DNA of 64,000 nucleotides from Mobula birostris. Taxonomy: Eukaryota. Below are positions 1 through 11,030 of the stretch, in pieces. The stretch's first letter is position 1, and the number at the start of each line of letters is the position of its first letter. The position numbers and the translations under genes were made by a program. Where the stretch lies: positions 85,770,198 through 85,834,197 of the forward strand of contig NC_092382.1 in assembly GCF_030028105.1 (NCBI RefSeq), given 5' to 3'. A model generated the notes under the pieces. That model saw only the letters and a program-made list of their open reading frames with translations, was not told the origin of the DNA and did not search any database.

Positions 1-639
1 TTCTGAGCAGGTGAATGGCCACACTCCAGTGTGAACTGATTGGTGTGTCTTTAGGCCAGATGACCTAGTGAATCCTTTCCCACAGTCTGAGCAGGTGTAC
101 GGCCATTTCCCAGTGTGAACTGACTGGTGTGCCTGTAGGTGGGGTGACTGAGTGAATCCTTTCCCACACTCTGAGCAGGTGAAAGGCTTCTCCCCAGTGT
201 GAATGCGCTGATGTACCTTCAGTTGACATGACCGAGTGAATCCCTTCCCACAGTCTGAGCAGGTGAACAGTCTGTCCGCAGTGTGAATTTGCCGATGCAC
301 CTTCAGTTGAGATGACAGAATGAATCCCTTCCCACAGTCTGAGCAGGTGAATGGCCTCTCCCCAGTGTGAACTCGCTGATGTACCTTCAGTTGAGATGAC
401 AGAATAAATCCTTTCCCACAGTCTGAGCAGGTAAACGGCCTCTCCGCTGTGTGAACTGCCTGGTGTGCCTGCAGGTTGGATGAGCGAGCGAATCCCTTCC
501 CACATTCTGAGCAGGTGAACGGCCTCTCCCCAGTGTGAACTGTTTGGTGAGCTAGTAGGTTTGATGAGCGAGTGAATCCCTTCCCACAGTCCGAGCAGGT
601 GAATAGCCGTTCCCCGGTGTGAATTCGCTGATGAGCCGT
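1..639 (-). CDS. C2H2 zinc-finger array ZNF-A (7 complete fingers plus a partial one, 3' end beyond window; start codon is ACG rather than ATG)
   Basis: Manual minus-strand translation from 639 gives [35 protein letters not shown]...[10 protein letters not shown], with 84-bp periodicity and no stop down to base 1. The ORF track shows only the off-frame 65..505 ORF. Confidence 0.85.
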
Positions 640-1050
640 TAGGTCAGATGATCGAGTGAATCCTTCCCCACAAATTCAGCAGGTGGCCAGCCTCTGCCCA
701 GTGTGAACTGACTGATGTGTCCGCAGGTGGGATGACTGACTAATTCCCTTCCCACATACAGAACAGTGAGTGGCCGTGTCCCAGTGTGGAATTGCTGATG
801 GACTTTCAGTTCAGATGAGTGAGTGAATCCATTCCAACAGTGTGAGCAGGAAGGATGATTGAGTGAATCCCTCGATCCACTTCTTAATGGACAAGAAGGG
901 CAACACTGGTGTGTTGTCTCTGAGATTCTGGGAGACAAATTCCTTGCCGTTCTTAACCTGTGAAAAGATTTACAAAATACATCAGTGGGTGAAGGCAACA
1001 TTTCAGATGAGATCACTTTAGTCACCAAGATGTGATCTGACATCACACTG
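640..1050 (-). other. 5' part of the ZNF-A terminal exon: splice acceptor at 958-959 plus degenerate (fossil) fingers
   Basis: ttttgtaaatcttttcacag|gttaag acceptor matches paralogues at 25505 and 51528. Decayed fingers follow, with in-frame TGA at 676-678. Confidence 0.65.
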
Positions 1051-2290
1051 TGCTTGGGCCCTGACGATTTCTGCACTTGTCTTCCGCAGGGTCCTAGGGA
1101 ACAACTTGTCAGGCCCTGGGGATTTATCCACGGTAATTTGCCTTAAGACAGGAAACACCTCCACCTCTGTAATCTGTACAGGGTCCATGAAGTTGATGCT
1201 GCTTTGCCTCACTTCTATAGACTCTGTGTCCAACTCCTGAAAAATAGAGATGCAAAAAAAAAATTTTAAATCTCCCCCATCTATTTTGTCTCCTCATATA
1301 GATTACCGTTCTGATCGTCCAGAGTGGGCATGGTTCTGTATTGACATTCTCCATGTTTCTGTGGCAGAGAAGCTGGCCAAACTTGTTTGGAAGGGATATG
1401 GTAGGAGTGACAATGGAGCAGCAATGGCTGCAGTTTCTGCGAGCAATTCAGGAGCTGAGTGATTGATACATCCCAAAGAAGTGGAACCATTGTAAAGGCA
1501 GGAGGACACAACCGAGGCTAAAATGAGAAGCCTAAGCCAACATAAGAACCAAAGAGAGGCCAAACAAAAGAGCAAAAACTGCTAGGAAGCTTTTAGAAAG
1601 CAACAGAAGATGACTAAAAAAAAAATGTCAGATGATCTCAGGGCGTGGAATTATGATTATTGTAGTCATTAATGAGTCTTTGTAGCACCCAACAGTCTGA
1701 GGCATTTAGAGGAACAAAATATCTGGGGCCTCGATATCTCTTGAAAACCAAGGTTCCCGGCACCAGCTACCTTTCAACTTTTACTTTGACAGGCACATAC
1801 AAACTCTACACCCTCAAAACTTCACTTCTGAAGGCCTCCCACTTACCAAGTACTCCCTTGTCAGAAAACAGCCTGTGCCAAACCACACTTGTCAGATCCT
1901 TTCTGATACCATCAAAATTGACCTTTCTCCAATTGAGAATTGAACCCATGGTTCAGTCCTCACTTTTTCTATATTAACTTGGAATCTCATGACATTATGA
2001 TCACTACATACAAAGTGTTCCGATACACTAATTTCTGTTACTAACCCTGGATTATTTTCTAATAGCTTATTACACACTTCTATGTCGGGAATTCTACATG
2101 CTGACTTCGGACACATTTGACAAACTCTACCCATCCAGTCCTTTTATATATGGGAGCCCCAGTAATCTTTGGGAATTTAAAATCGTTCACTATATGAAGC
2201 ATTCTTTCTTGGCATAGTCTGTGATCTCTCCACAAATTTATTTCTCTGAATTCCTCAGATTGTTGGGTGCAAACAAGTCCCAGCAATAGC
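1051..2290. mobile_element. Degraded CR1 LINE ORF2 fragments in mixed orientation (intronic)
   Basis: Peptides VDKSPGPDKLFPRTL and SDHNVMRF. Paralogous to 52503-52770, 54905-55490 and 56207-56570. Confidence 0.7.
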
Positions 2291-2329
2291 TACAATATCA
2301 CATTCCATGCCCTGAGGTCTCTGGTGCCA

Positions 2330-3043
2330 AGAAAACAACCTCTCTCTCATTGTCACAAAAACAAAGGAGCTGATTGTGGACTACAGGAAGAATGGAGACA
2401 GGCTAACCCATATTTGCACCAATGGATCTGGGGTTGAGAGGGTGAACAGCTTTAAGTTCCTCGTCAGACACATCACAGAGGATCTCATGTGGTCTGTACA
2501 ACAGTGCCTCTTTCACCTCAGACGGTTGTAAGAAGTTTGAAATGCAGCCCCAAATCCGAAGAACTTTCTGCAGGGACACAATTGAGAGCATCCTGACTGG
2601 CTGCATCACTGCCTGGCATGGGAACTGTACTTCCCTCAATCACAGACTTTGTAGAGTGGTGTGTAAAGCCCAGCACATCTGCAGTTGTGAACTTCCCATG
2701 ATTCAGGAAATTTACAAAGACAGGAGTGTAAAAAGGGCCCGAAGGATCATTGGGGACCCGAGTCACCCCAACCACAAACTGTTCCAGCTGCTACCATCTG
2801 GGAAACAGTACCGCAGCATTAAAGCCAGAACCAACAGGATCCGGGACAGCTTCTTCCACCAGGCCATCAGACTGCTTAATTCATGCTGATACAATTGCAT
2901 TTCTAAGTTATAGTGACTGTCGTGTTCTATTATAACTTACTAAAAATTGCACGTTGCACATTCAGACGGAGATGTGACATAAAGATTTTTACTCCTCATG
3001 TATGTGAAGGATGTAAGTAATAAAGTCAATTCAATTCAATTCA
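2330..3043 (+). mobile_element. Rex1/Babar-like LINE 3' fragment
   Basis: KTKELIVDYR, TIESILTGCITAW, LLPSGKQYRSI...SFFHQAIRLLN, followed by AATAAA and a (CAATT)n tail. Confidence 0.8.
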
Positions 3044-3261
3044 CCCTCCCCACTATCTGTTCTGTCATTCTGGCTCCCATTCCCACTACAACTTCAGTTT
3101 AACCCAGCCTGTCTTCACCACACTAGCACCAGCAACCCTTACCACTACGACATTAGTCCCCTTCTAGTTCTGGTACCCTAACTACTGAATCCACATCACC
3201 CCTTTGACTTTCCTCTGCCAGGTAACCCCCCCCCACCTCCTCCAACAGTTTCTAAAGTGGT

Positions 3262-3757
3262 AGAATATATAGACCACAGAAAACCTACAGCACAATACAG
3301 GCCCCTCTGCCCACAAAGCTGTGCTGAACATGACCCTGGCTTAGGACTACCTGGGCTTACCCATAGCCCTCTATTTTTCTAAGCTCCATGTAGCCATCCA
3401 GGAGTCTCTTAAAAGACCCTATTGTTTCTGCCTCCACCACCAACGCCAGCAGCCCATTCCATGCACTCACCACTCTCTGCATAAAAAAAAAACTTACCCC
3501 TGATGTCTCCTCTATACCCACTTCCAAGCACCTTAGAACTATGCCCTCTCGCGCTTGCCATTTCAGCACTGGGAAAAAGCATCTGACTATCCACATGATC
3601 AATGCCTCTCATTATCTCGTACACCTCCATCAGGTCACCTCTCATCCTCCATCGCTCCAAGGATAAAAGGCTGAGATCACTCAACTTATTCTCATAAACC
3701 ATGCTCCCTAATCGACACAAAGTCCTTGTAAATTTCCTCTGCACCCTTTCTATGGTC
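3262..3757 (-). mobile_element. CR1 LINE 3' end
   Basis: LSLLSLERWRMRGDLMEVYEIM and FFMQRVVSAWNGL, with a CR1-type tail. Absent from the paralogous intron at about 57630. Confidence 0.85.
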
Positions 3758-4462
3758 TACCTGTTGTTGTGGGGGATGGCCACAAGAGTACTGTACTCTG
3801 CGATGGCTATTTAACCTCATTCCCCTTCCTGACTCTCACCCAGTTTCATGTGTCCTACACCTTGGGTGTAACTCACCTCTGTTCAATGTCATATCAATCA
3901 CCCCTCCGACTCCTGATTAATCCAGAATTCATTCATTCCCAGCTCCAACTCCAATATCACTGTCAATAATAATTTTTATCTGCTCTGGGTTTGATTGACT
4001 TCATCTGCACTCTCACACAACCTATGTAGCAGGCCTGTAGTGGATAATGAAGGATTTTCTCGACAGAGCATTTGAACACCGTCCATACGTGACTTGCTTG
4101 CTAACTGATGCTATGAAAAGTCATTTTTTCAAATATCGCTCCACTTCTTCCCACTTGCAAATTCTCCAGCAACTTTTGCGTCACCACAATACACACAGGT
4201 AACACCAGTTTCTGTTTTGTACATAAATATTTCCCCTGAACCCTCCCCCAGGTGACTGACAGTGGTAAACTCATTGATGGCAATGTCAATGAATATGAAA
4301 GGAAGGGCAGTAGTCTGTACCATTGGAGTCTGGCACATTTGTGATGTGAAAGTTACTTGTTGCCCAGTGCAAAGGTGTTTGATATCATTATGTACCCAGA
4401 CAGAGTGGGTCAAAACATGTTCTCACGGGTGGAAAAGTCCAGAACAAGAGGAGGTAGAACAA

Positions 4463-4601
4463 GCAAAACACACAAAATGCTGGAGGAACTCAGCAGGGCA
4501 GGCAGCATCTATGGAAAAGAGTACTAACGCTGAGTTCCTCCAAAAATTTGTGTGCGTTGCTTGCATTTCCAGCATCTGCAGATTTTCTCTTGTTTGTGAT
4601 T
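4463..4601 (+). mobile_element. Penelope-derived fold-back element with ~13-bp TSD
   Basis: Inverted arms aagcaaaacacacaaaatgctggaggaactcagc / gctgagttcctcc...gttgctt. Flanks ggaggtagaacaa (4450) and ggaagtagaacaa (4602). Confidence 0.65.
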
Positions 4602-4739
4602 GGAAGTAGAACAAAGGTGATTTTCTCACCTGCTGATGTAAAAGATTTTGTTCCCTTTCCCCGAGTTCCCAATCCTTGCATTTAGATAGCTGGAGCTCAG
4701 CTCTGCCTGAGAGATCCAGCGGTTCCCATTCTCTCATCA

Positions 4740-5070
4740 GCCGGAAGCTCCCTGGGGCCCGTGTACAGATCGTGGGGCTGAGAGAGAGGGACGAGAGCAG
4801 GACTGTCCCGGGATTGCGGGTCACGGTATCCGCATCTCACATCAATTGTCCTGAAGTCGGTATTAAAATCCCGCCCGGAGATTCTCTCTTACCTCTTGCC
4901 GATCCTCCCGAGGCCTTTGTGTATTGCGCGCATGAGTGATATTCGGGAAAATGCGCAATCCTGACGGCTGCGAATGTGATCGGTGCTTCAGCGACGGCTA
5001 AATTTACAACTCCCGGCTTTATGGGTAACCAGGGCACCATTAAAAGTTTCCGCAAGCACCGCTTCCATGT
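4740..5070 (-). promoter_or_regulatory. CpG-rich promoter and first-exon region of ZNF-A
   Basis: CpG-dense. Minus-strand donor CAAGAG|GTAAGAG at 4892 is conserved in the paralogue at 58927. NRF1-like GCGCATG at about 4928. Confidence 0.55.
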
Positions 5071-5199
5071 CCATACCTCAGTTTTTTTTTGTGTGTATAG
5101 AAAACTCAGCAGCTATTTTAACACAGAAAGCGGCTCCCATAAACAACATACTCTATAGCAACTGGTATTCCGTGTATCTAATACCAAAGTACAACCCTC

Positions 5200-5800
5200 T
5201 TACAAAGGCAGAGGGGCGGGCAACTGGAGTCTCTCCCTGCGGTGGGAAACCCCACCAGTCACGTGATCTCATTTGCCCCTCCCATTTGACCGCGGATGGG
5301 CAGCATCTGCGCGTATGTTTCCGAGGCCCCGCCCTCTGGATAATGTAACACTGACGCCGCGCATGCTCACTGTATCCAGATGGGTGGTGTTTTCCTTTCG
5401 GCTCACTGCTGAAGCCGATTCATCTGCGGCAGCGGGATCGGGAAAGGTCGGGATCGCTGTCCGCGGGCCGAAGTTTTCACTTTCCCATCGGTGAGTATTG
5501 AGACGATCCCGAGCGGGGAGATCTGATGTGGGCCGTGATCCCCGAACTGAGGGCCAGTTACTCATTCAGTACCCAGTTATCTGGGCTCGTCAGAAATGTG
5601 TCGACTTCACTGAATCTGCATTGAACGATCCAAACCAGGATCCCAGGCTGTCTGTTTCCACAGAATTGCAATGGGAGTCCCGTCAGCCGGTCACGTGAGG
5701 CTGTTTACCGCAGATCTGCCCCGCCCTCCGCTTTGTGACGTATCATCACGTGGTGTGCCAGCCGTGGGGGTGGTGTGTGAGTGGCAGATTCAGCTGTTGA
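5200..5800 (+). promoter_or_regulatory. CpG-island promoter with GC boxes, E-boxes, CRE half-sites and two + strand splice donors
   Basis: GGGGCGGG (~5213), CACGTG (~5260, ~5692, ~5747), CCCCGCCC (~5327, ~5719), GCGCATG (~5359), TGACG, and GTGAGT donors at 5491 and 5777. Confidence 0.6.
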
Positions 5801-5946
5801 CTCTGTGAGGCTGGGTCCTGGTGTATCACAGTTTTTGATCCAAGTCAAATGGTCGAGCTGCCCGGGTTTATGAGGCGCTGAGTTCTGGGATCAGATCTTT
5901 GTTTCTGGAGTTCCTTTGGAAACAATGACTGCTGATCTGAGGAGAG

Positions 5947-6145
5947 ACTCGAGGAAATCTGCAGATGCTGGAATTTCAAGCAACACACGTAAAAGTTGCT
6001 GGTGAACACAGCAGGTCAGGCAGCATCTCTAGAAAGAGGTACAGTTAGGGCAAGGGTCTCGGCCTGAAACGTCGACTGTACCTCTTCCTAGAGATGCTGC
6101 CTGACCTGTTGCGTTCACCAGCAACTTTTATGTGTGTTGCTTGTA
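5947..6145. mobile_element. Penelope-derived fold-back element with 12-bp TSD and partial hammerhead motif in the loop
   Basis: ~68-bp inverted arms (about 5978-6046 and 6075-6142). TSD ATCTGAGGAGAG at 5935-5946 and 6146-6157. Arms match the Penelope end at 60270-60400. Confidence 0.8.
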
Positions 6146-6650
6146 ATCTGAGGAGAGGATGCGTTCCCATTCCATCCTCACAGGTAGTGGCTGCTCTGTG
6201 TTTGCATCAGTAGAAATAAAATAGACCAGTGTTCAAACTGTGTTTGGAAATTCCCCCTCACTGTCTATCAGGCAGTGGAAATTAAACATAAACACAAGAT
6301 GCAGGAGATCTGCACTAAAAACTGAAAATGTGTGAGGCCATTCTGATAAAACGTTATTAACCTGAATCGTTACGTTCGTTCCTCTCCCTACAGCTGTTCC
6401 TTACCTGCTGAGTGTTTCTGGTAATTCCAGTTTTTTTTAATGTCACTCACCCTGGTCTGGTTTATATTTCCTGAAATGAACCTGTTTTAACCTGGAAATG
6501 CAAATGGCTCGTTCTGTGATAGTAGAACATGAAAGAAAGCACAACTTTTCCCTGGTACCAACTTGTCTGTTATTTCTGGAAATGTGTCCTGTACATTTGT
6601 TGCTATCAAGGTTTACAAGAATAATCTCAGGAATGATCGGCTTTATGTAT

Positions 6651-7451
6651 TGTCACGTACCCCGTGACGGGTTAAAGAACCAGCAGAAATTGAAAACAGT
6701 TTGGAGTCCTGTATTGCTATTAACTAATACTATTTATTAGTAACTATGCAATACAGTAATATAAATGCAGATATATCAAACAGGTTAGCAGTGAATATGG
6801 AAATCAAGCTTCTTCAAGTCTAAGGGTAAATAGATAGTCTTACGATGATGAGTAAAGTTCAGTTCAGTTTGTGGTATTGAGTTGAGTAGTGATGGAGAGA
6901 GAGAGAGAGAGGGAGAGATTTGAGTCTTCAGGTGAGCTGATGCTGTCGATCTTCCCGTTGTCCTCTGAAATCCTTTTGAAGTCACTGACTGTGACCACAA
7001 CAAAGGGGACCATTCTTCTGTGGTGGAATTATCAACCCACGCTAGGGTTGGACACACAAATAGCTCCCCACCGGTCACACCCTTTTCACACTTCAAGAGC
7101 CGCTGATCGATTCTCCAAAACCCACCTTTTCTATGGGCACAACAAAGCTCATTCAGTGTCCAAAACCATTGTGTCTGTAGGTCTATCATCTGACCTTCTA
7201 TTTATCTCACCGCACTGAATACCAACTGCCTATCAAGTAGCTCCTCCCTTCTCTCTGTAAGAATACAGAAGCTGAGAGTGTCCCTGCAAAAGTGTAAACA
7301 TGCTGCTGAAAAACCATAACATCATCTCAAAGCAGTCTTTGTCTCTCTCTCCTTCTTTCTCTCTCTTTTAACAAGGTGTCTGGTGTTGAATACCCCTCTA
7401 TCTCTCTTTTCAAAAGCACAGTTCATAGGGGTAATTCACGACCCCTGTCAC
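6651..7451 (-). mobile_element. 3' LTR of a Gypsy (Gmr1-like) retrotransposon
   Basis: TGT...ACA termini. Polypurine tract (cccctttccttc on +) lies immediately adjacent at about 7452. Internal (GA)n run. Confidence 0.8.
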
Positions 7452-7575
7452 ACCCCTTTCCTTCAAAAAAAAATTGACACAGGCAAAACTTTTAGTTTAA
7501 ATGGAAATTACAGAGTTTAAAACAATACATGTATAATCTTCAGATAACAGAGCAAAAACGTGTACAATTTCTAAC

Positions 7576-10500
7576 TTAACATCTGGATAAATAATCAGCT
7601 ATAATATTGTCAGTACCTTTCACGTGTTTGATTTTCAGGTCATATTCTTGCAATATCAGACTCCAATTTAAGAACCATCTATTTTTATCCTTCATCTTAG
7701 TTAGAAACACCAATGGATTGTGATCCATGTAAACCACAAGTTGTCTCTGGGCAGGACAAATATAGACTTCAAAATATTGTAAAGCCAGAATAAGTGCTAG
7801 TAATTCCTTTTCAACAGTGGAATAAATTTTCTGGTGCCCATTAAATTTCTTGGAGAAATAAGCTACTGGGTGTTCAATGTCATCCACACCCTTCTGTAAC
7901 AGTACTGCCCCAGCAGCTTCGTCACTCGCGTCTGTTGCTATAGAAAATGGTTTGGAAAAATCAGATGCTTTGAGCACATGGTGATAACACAGGATGGTTT
8001 TTAGTTGTTCAAATGCCTCCTGGCAAAGGTCACTCCATACAAATCTTTCACTCTTCCCTAGGAGTTTTGTTAGGGGGAGCGCGATGTCAGGAAAGGTCTT
8101 ACAAAACTTACGATAATACCCAACCATTCCTAAAAATCTCCTCAAAGCTTTCTTGCCGGTTGGAACAGGAACCTCAGCAATAGCTTGAACCTTGGCCTGT
8201 ACAGGAGCCAGTTTGCCCTGGCCTACTACGGAGCCCAGATATGTAACTGTGGCATAGCCAAATTCACTCTTATCCAGGATCACAGTAAGATTGGCCTTGG
8301 AAAGTCTTTCAAACAGTTTTTCTAGACCTGCAATATGCTCTTCTTACATGTCATTCCAGACCACTAAATCATCAATATAAGCCCCCGTGTTTTCTAAACC
8401 TCTAATCACAGAATGGATCATTCTTTGAAATGTCCCTGGAGCATTTTTCATCCCGAAGAGTAAAACATTATACTCATACGTCCAGATGATGCCAAAAATG
8501 CTGATATTTCGTTAGCCCTCTCTGTTAAAGAAACACCCCAGTATCCTTTTAACAGGTCAATTTTTGTAAGGTATTTAGCCTTTCCCACTCTATCAGTATA
8601 GTCATCCACTCTCTTTCCTTGTTCCTTCTTGTTTCCAGTTTCTTGTTCAACCATTTTACTTTTCTCTAAATTCATTCCATAAGGATGCTCTTTGATCGGC
8701 TGGGCTGAATTTACAATGACGTCATGTCCTGCAGAGATACACTGTCTTAGAATGTCAGGAAATAAATCTTAATGCTTGCTAATTAATTCTTGCAATTGTT
8801 TTTGCAGTGTAGCTTCCAACTGATGGACCTTATCAGTAATATTTTTCAAAACAATGGAATTCTTAAATCTTGTTGATACTAGATTCAAGATTCAAAAAAC
8901 TTTATTGTCATTCTAACCATGCATCAGCTCTGCAGGGCAGAATGAGACAGCGTTTCTCAGGGGCAGTGTAATCATAACATAGCAAATGCAACACTAAATA
9001 ATAAACATAACAATAAATAGTAAAACACAACAGCCACATGTCAGTTAAAATCAATTATAAGTGTCCAGTGCAAGTTAAAAGTGTCCAAAGCAGAGTCAGG
9101 TGGAGCAGCTATTTAGCAGTCTGACTGCCTGTGGGAGAGAGCTGTTGTGGTTTTAGTTTTGATGCTCCTGTAACGTTTGCCTGATGGCAGAAAAACAAAC
9201 AGTTCATGGAGAGGGTGTGAGGGGTCTTTGATGATGTACCGTGTTTTCTGGAGGCATCGACTCTGAAAGAGGCCTTGGACAGAAGGTAGGGAAACCCCAA
9301 TAACTTTCTCTGCTCCCCTAACCACCCTCTGCAAGGCTTTTTTTGCAGCTGGAGTACCAGGTTGTGATGCAAAAGGTCAGCACACTCTCAACCACGCCTC
9401 TGTAGAATGTAGTTAAGATGTTAGTGGGGAGTGATGCTTGTTTAAGCTTCCTCAGAAAGTGCAATCTCTGCTGGGCCTGTTTCACAATCCCAGTGGTGTT
9501 CCTGGACCAGGTGAGATTGTCCGAGATCTGCACCCCAAGGAACTTGATGTTTTCCACTCTCTCCACTGCGGAGCCGCTGATGCTGAGGGGTGTGTGCTCA
9601 GTAGGTTAAAATGATTTTGCACCTCTTCCCCAGCCATCACAACTCCATTTGTTTTCATAACAGTACCCACAGGTGCTACCTTATCAAACAAGTGTTTTAT
9701 TTTAATTTGAACATTCTGCAAACTTTCCTTTGCAAGGTCACAGACCTTGTTAAGTCTCTCCCGCATATTGACCCATATTTCCAAATCAGACCATAGTTCT
9801 CTGAGTAGGGTCAAAGGTCATTTTGGCCTGTGACCGCACACAGGTTCAAATAGACTACACTCCAATGATTTTTGAATCGAATCTCCAACAAATAAGAGTA
9901 GGGGAACCCCCTCATGCTGTTTTTTTTTTCCATTTTCCACACAATATGTTTTAATCATGGCCTTAAGAGTGGAGTTGAACCATTCCAAGGCTCCCTCGGA
10001 CTCTGTGTGATATGCAGATGACCCAATGTCCCTAGCTCCCAATTCTACGACTATCCCCTGGAATGTTCTCGAAGTAAAGTTACTACCCTGGTCAAATTGA
10101 ATTTCTTTGGGGAGACCTACCAGTGTGAAAAACTTACTGAGTGCTTTTACCACAGTCTTGGCCTTGATGTTTCCAAGAGGAACGGCTTCAGGGAACCTAG
10201 ACACAGCACATATAATTGTTAACACATATTGATGACCAGCTGCAGTCTTTGGAAATGGGCCTACACAATCCACTATGAGCCTGGAAAAAGGCTCACCAAA
10301 GGCAGGTATTGGTCTAAGTGCTGCTACTTGAATAACCTGATTAGATTTCCCTCAACCTGACAGGTATGGCAAGTCCTGCAAAAATTCACAACATCCTTTC
10401 TTAAATTAGACCAGTAAAGTTCCTTCATAATCCTGTTTCCCCCGGCATTTTTAAAGTATGACTATTCACTGTCTTTCTCACTCCATGATGTCCACCTAAA

Positions 10501-11030
10501 GGCATACTGTGAGCCATGTTTAAAATTTCAGCCCTGTAAACTTTCGGAAGCACTACCTGATGCACAACAGCCCAATCCTCACTTGCAGGCACAGTGGCTG
10601 ATCTCCACTTCCTTATCAACACCCCATCTTTAAGATAATATCCTGCTGACTCTCTCTGAACCTCCTCTTCTGTGAGAGCTGTCTCCTTTAAAGCCATCAT
10701 TTCAGAATCTCGCTTCTGTTCCTCTATAAATTCCTCCCTCAATAAGGACAAACCTTTCCCATACACCTTACTCTCATCACCATCACTACCCTCCAAGTCC
10801 TGCTGGAATATGGAAGGTAGAAAAGTCTATCACACATCATCATCTTGGAGAGGTGTCAACCTCCCCCTCATTGTTTACTAAACTTAGCATGATCACCAGA
10901 CTTATAAAAACCATGTGTATATTGTGGAAGATCCACTTATCCAAACAATCCACTTATCTGATTTCTATGACCTCTTTTTTGACTTGTTTCCATAGCAACT
11001 CCTACAGATGGCTTTTTCTCAAAACCGTAA
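7576..11030 (-). mobile_element. Gmr1-like Ty3/Gypsy pol pseudogene with order INT-RT-RNaseH
   Basis: Integrase Zn-binding AH...GGH.G (10425-10796) and core DCVGP...DQGSNF...AYH (9818-10273). RT KIDLLKGYW, FGMKNAPGTFQ and YIDD (~8290-8675). RNaseH TDAS...YSTVEKELLA...DHNPL (7576-8283). Confidence 0.9.
8883..9600 (-). mobile_element. Rex1/Babar-like LINE 3' fragment nested in the Gypsy pol
   Basis: IKFLGVQISDNLTWS...QQRLHFLRKLK...ESVLTFCITTWY, with AATAAA and a (TTGAATC)n tail. Confidence 0.85.

Noticed and set aside
65-505. 146-aa ORF MWEGI... and similar ORFs at 26386, 26636, 50206, 50231 and 50615
   Set aside because: Alternative frames of the 84-bp zinc-finger repeat, not separate genes.
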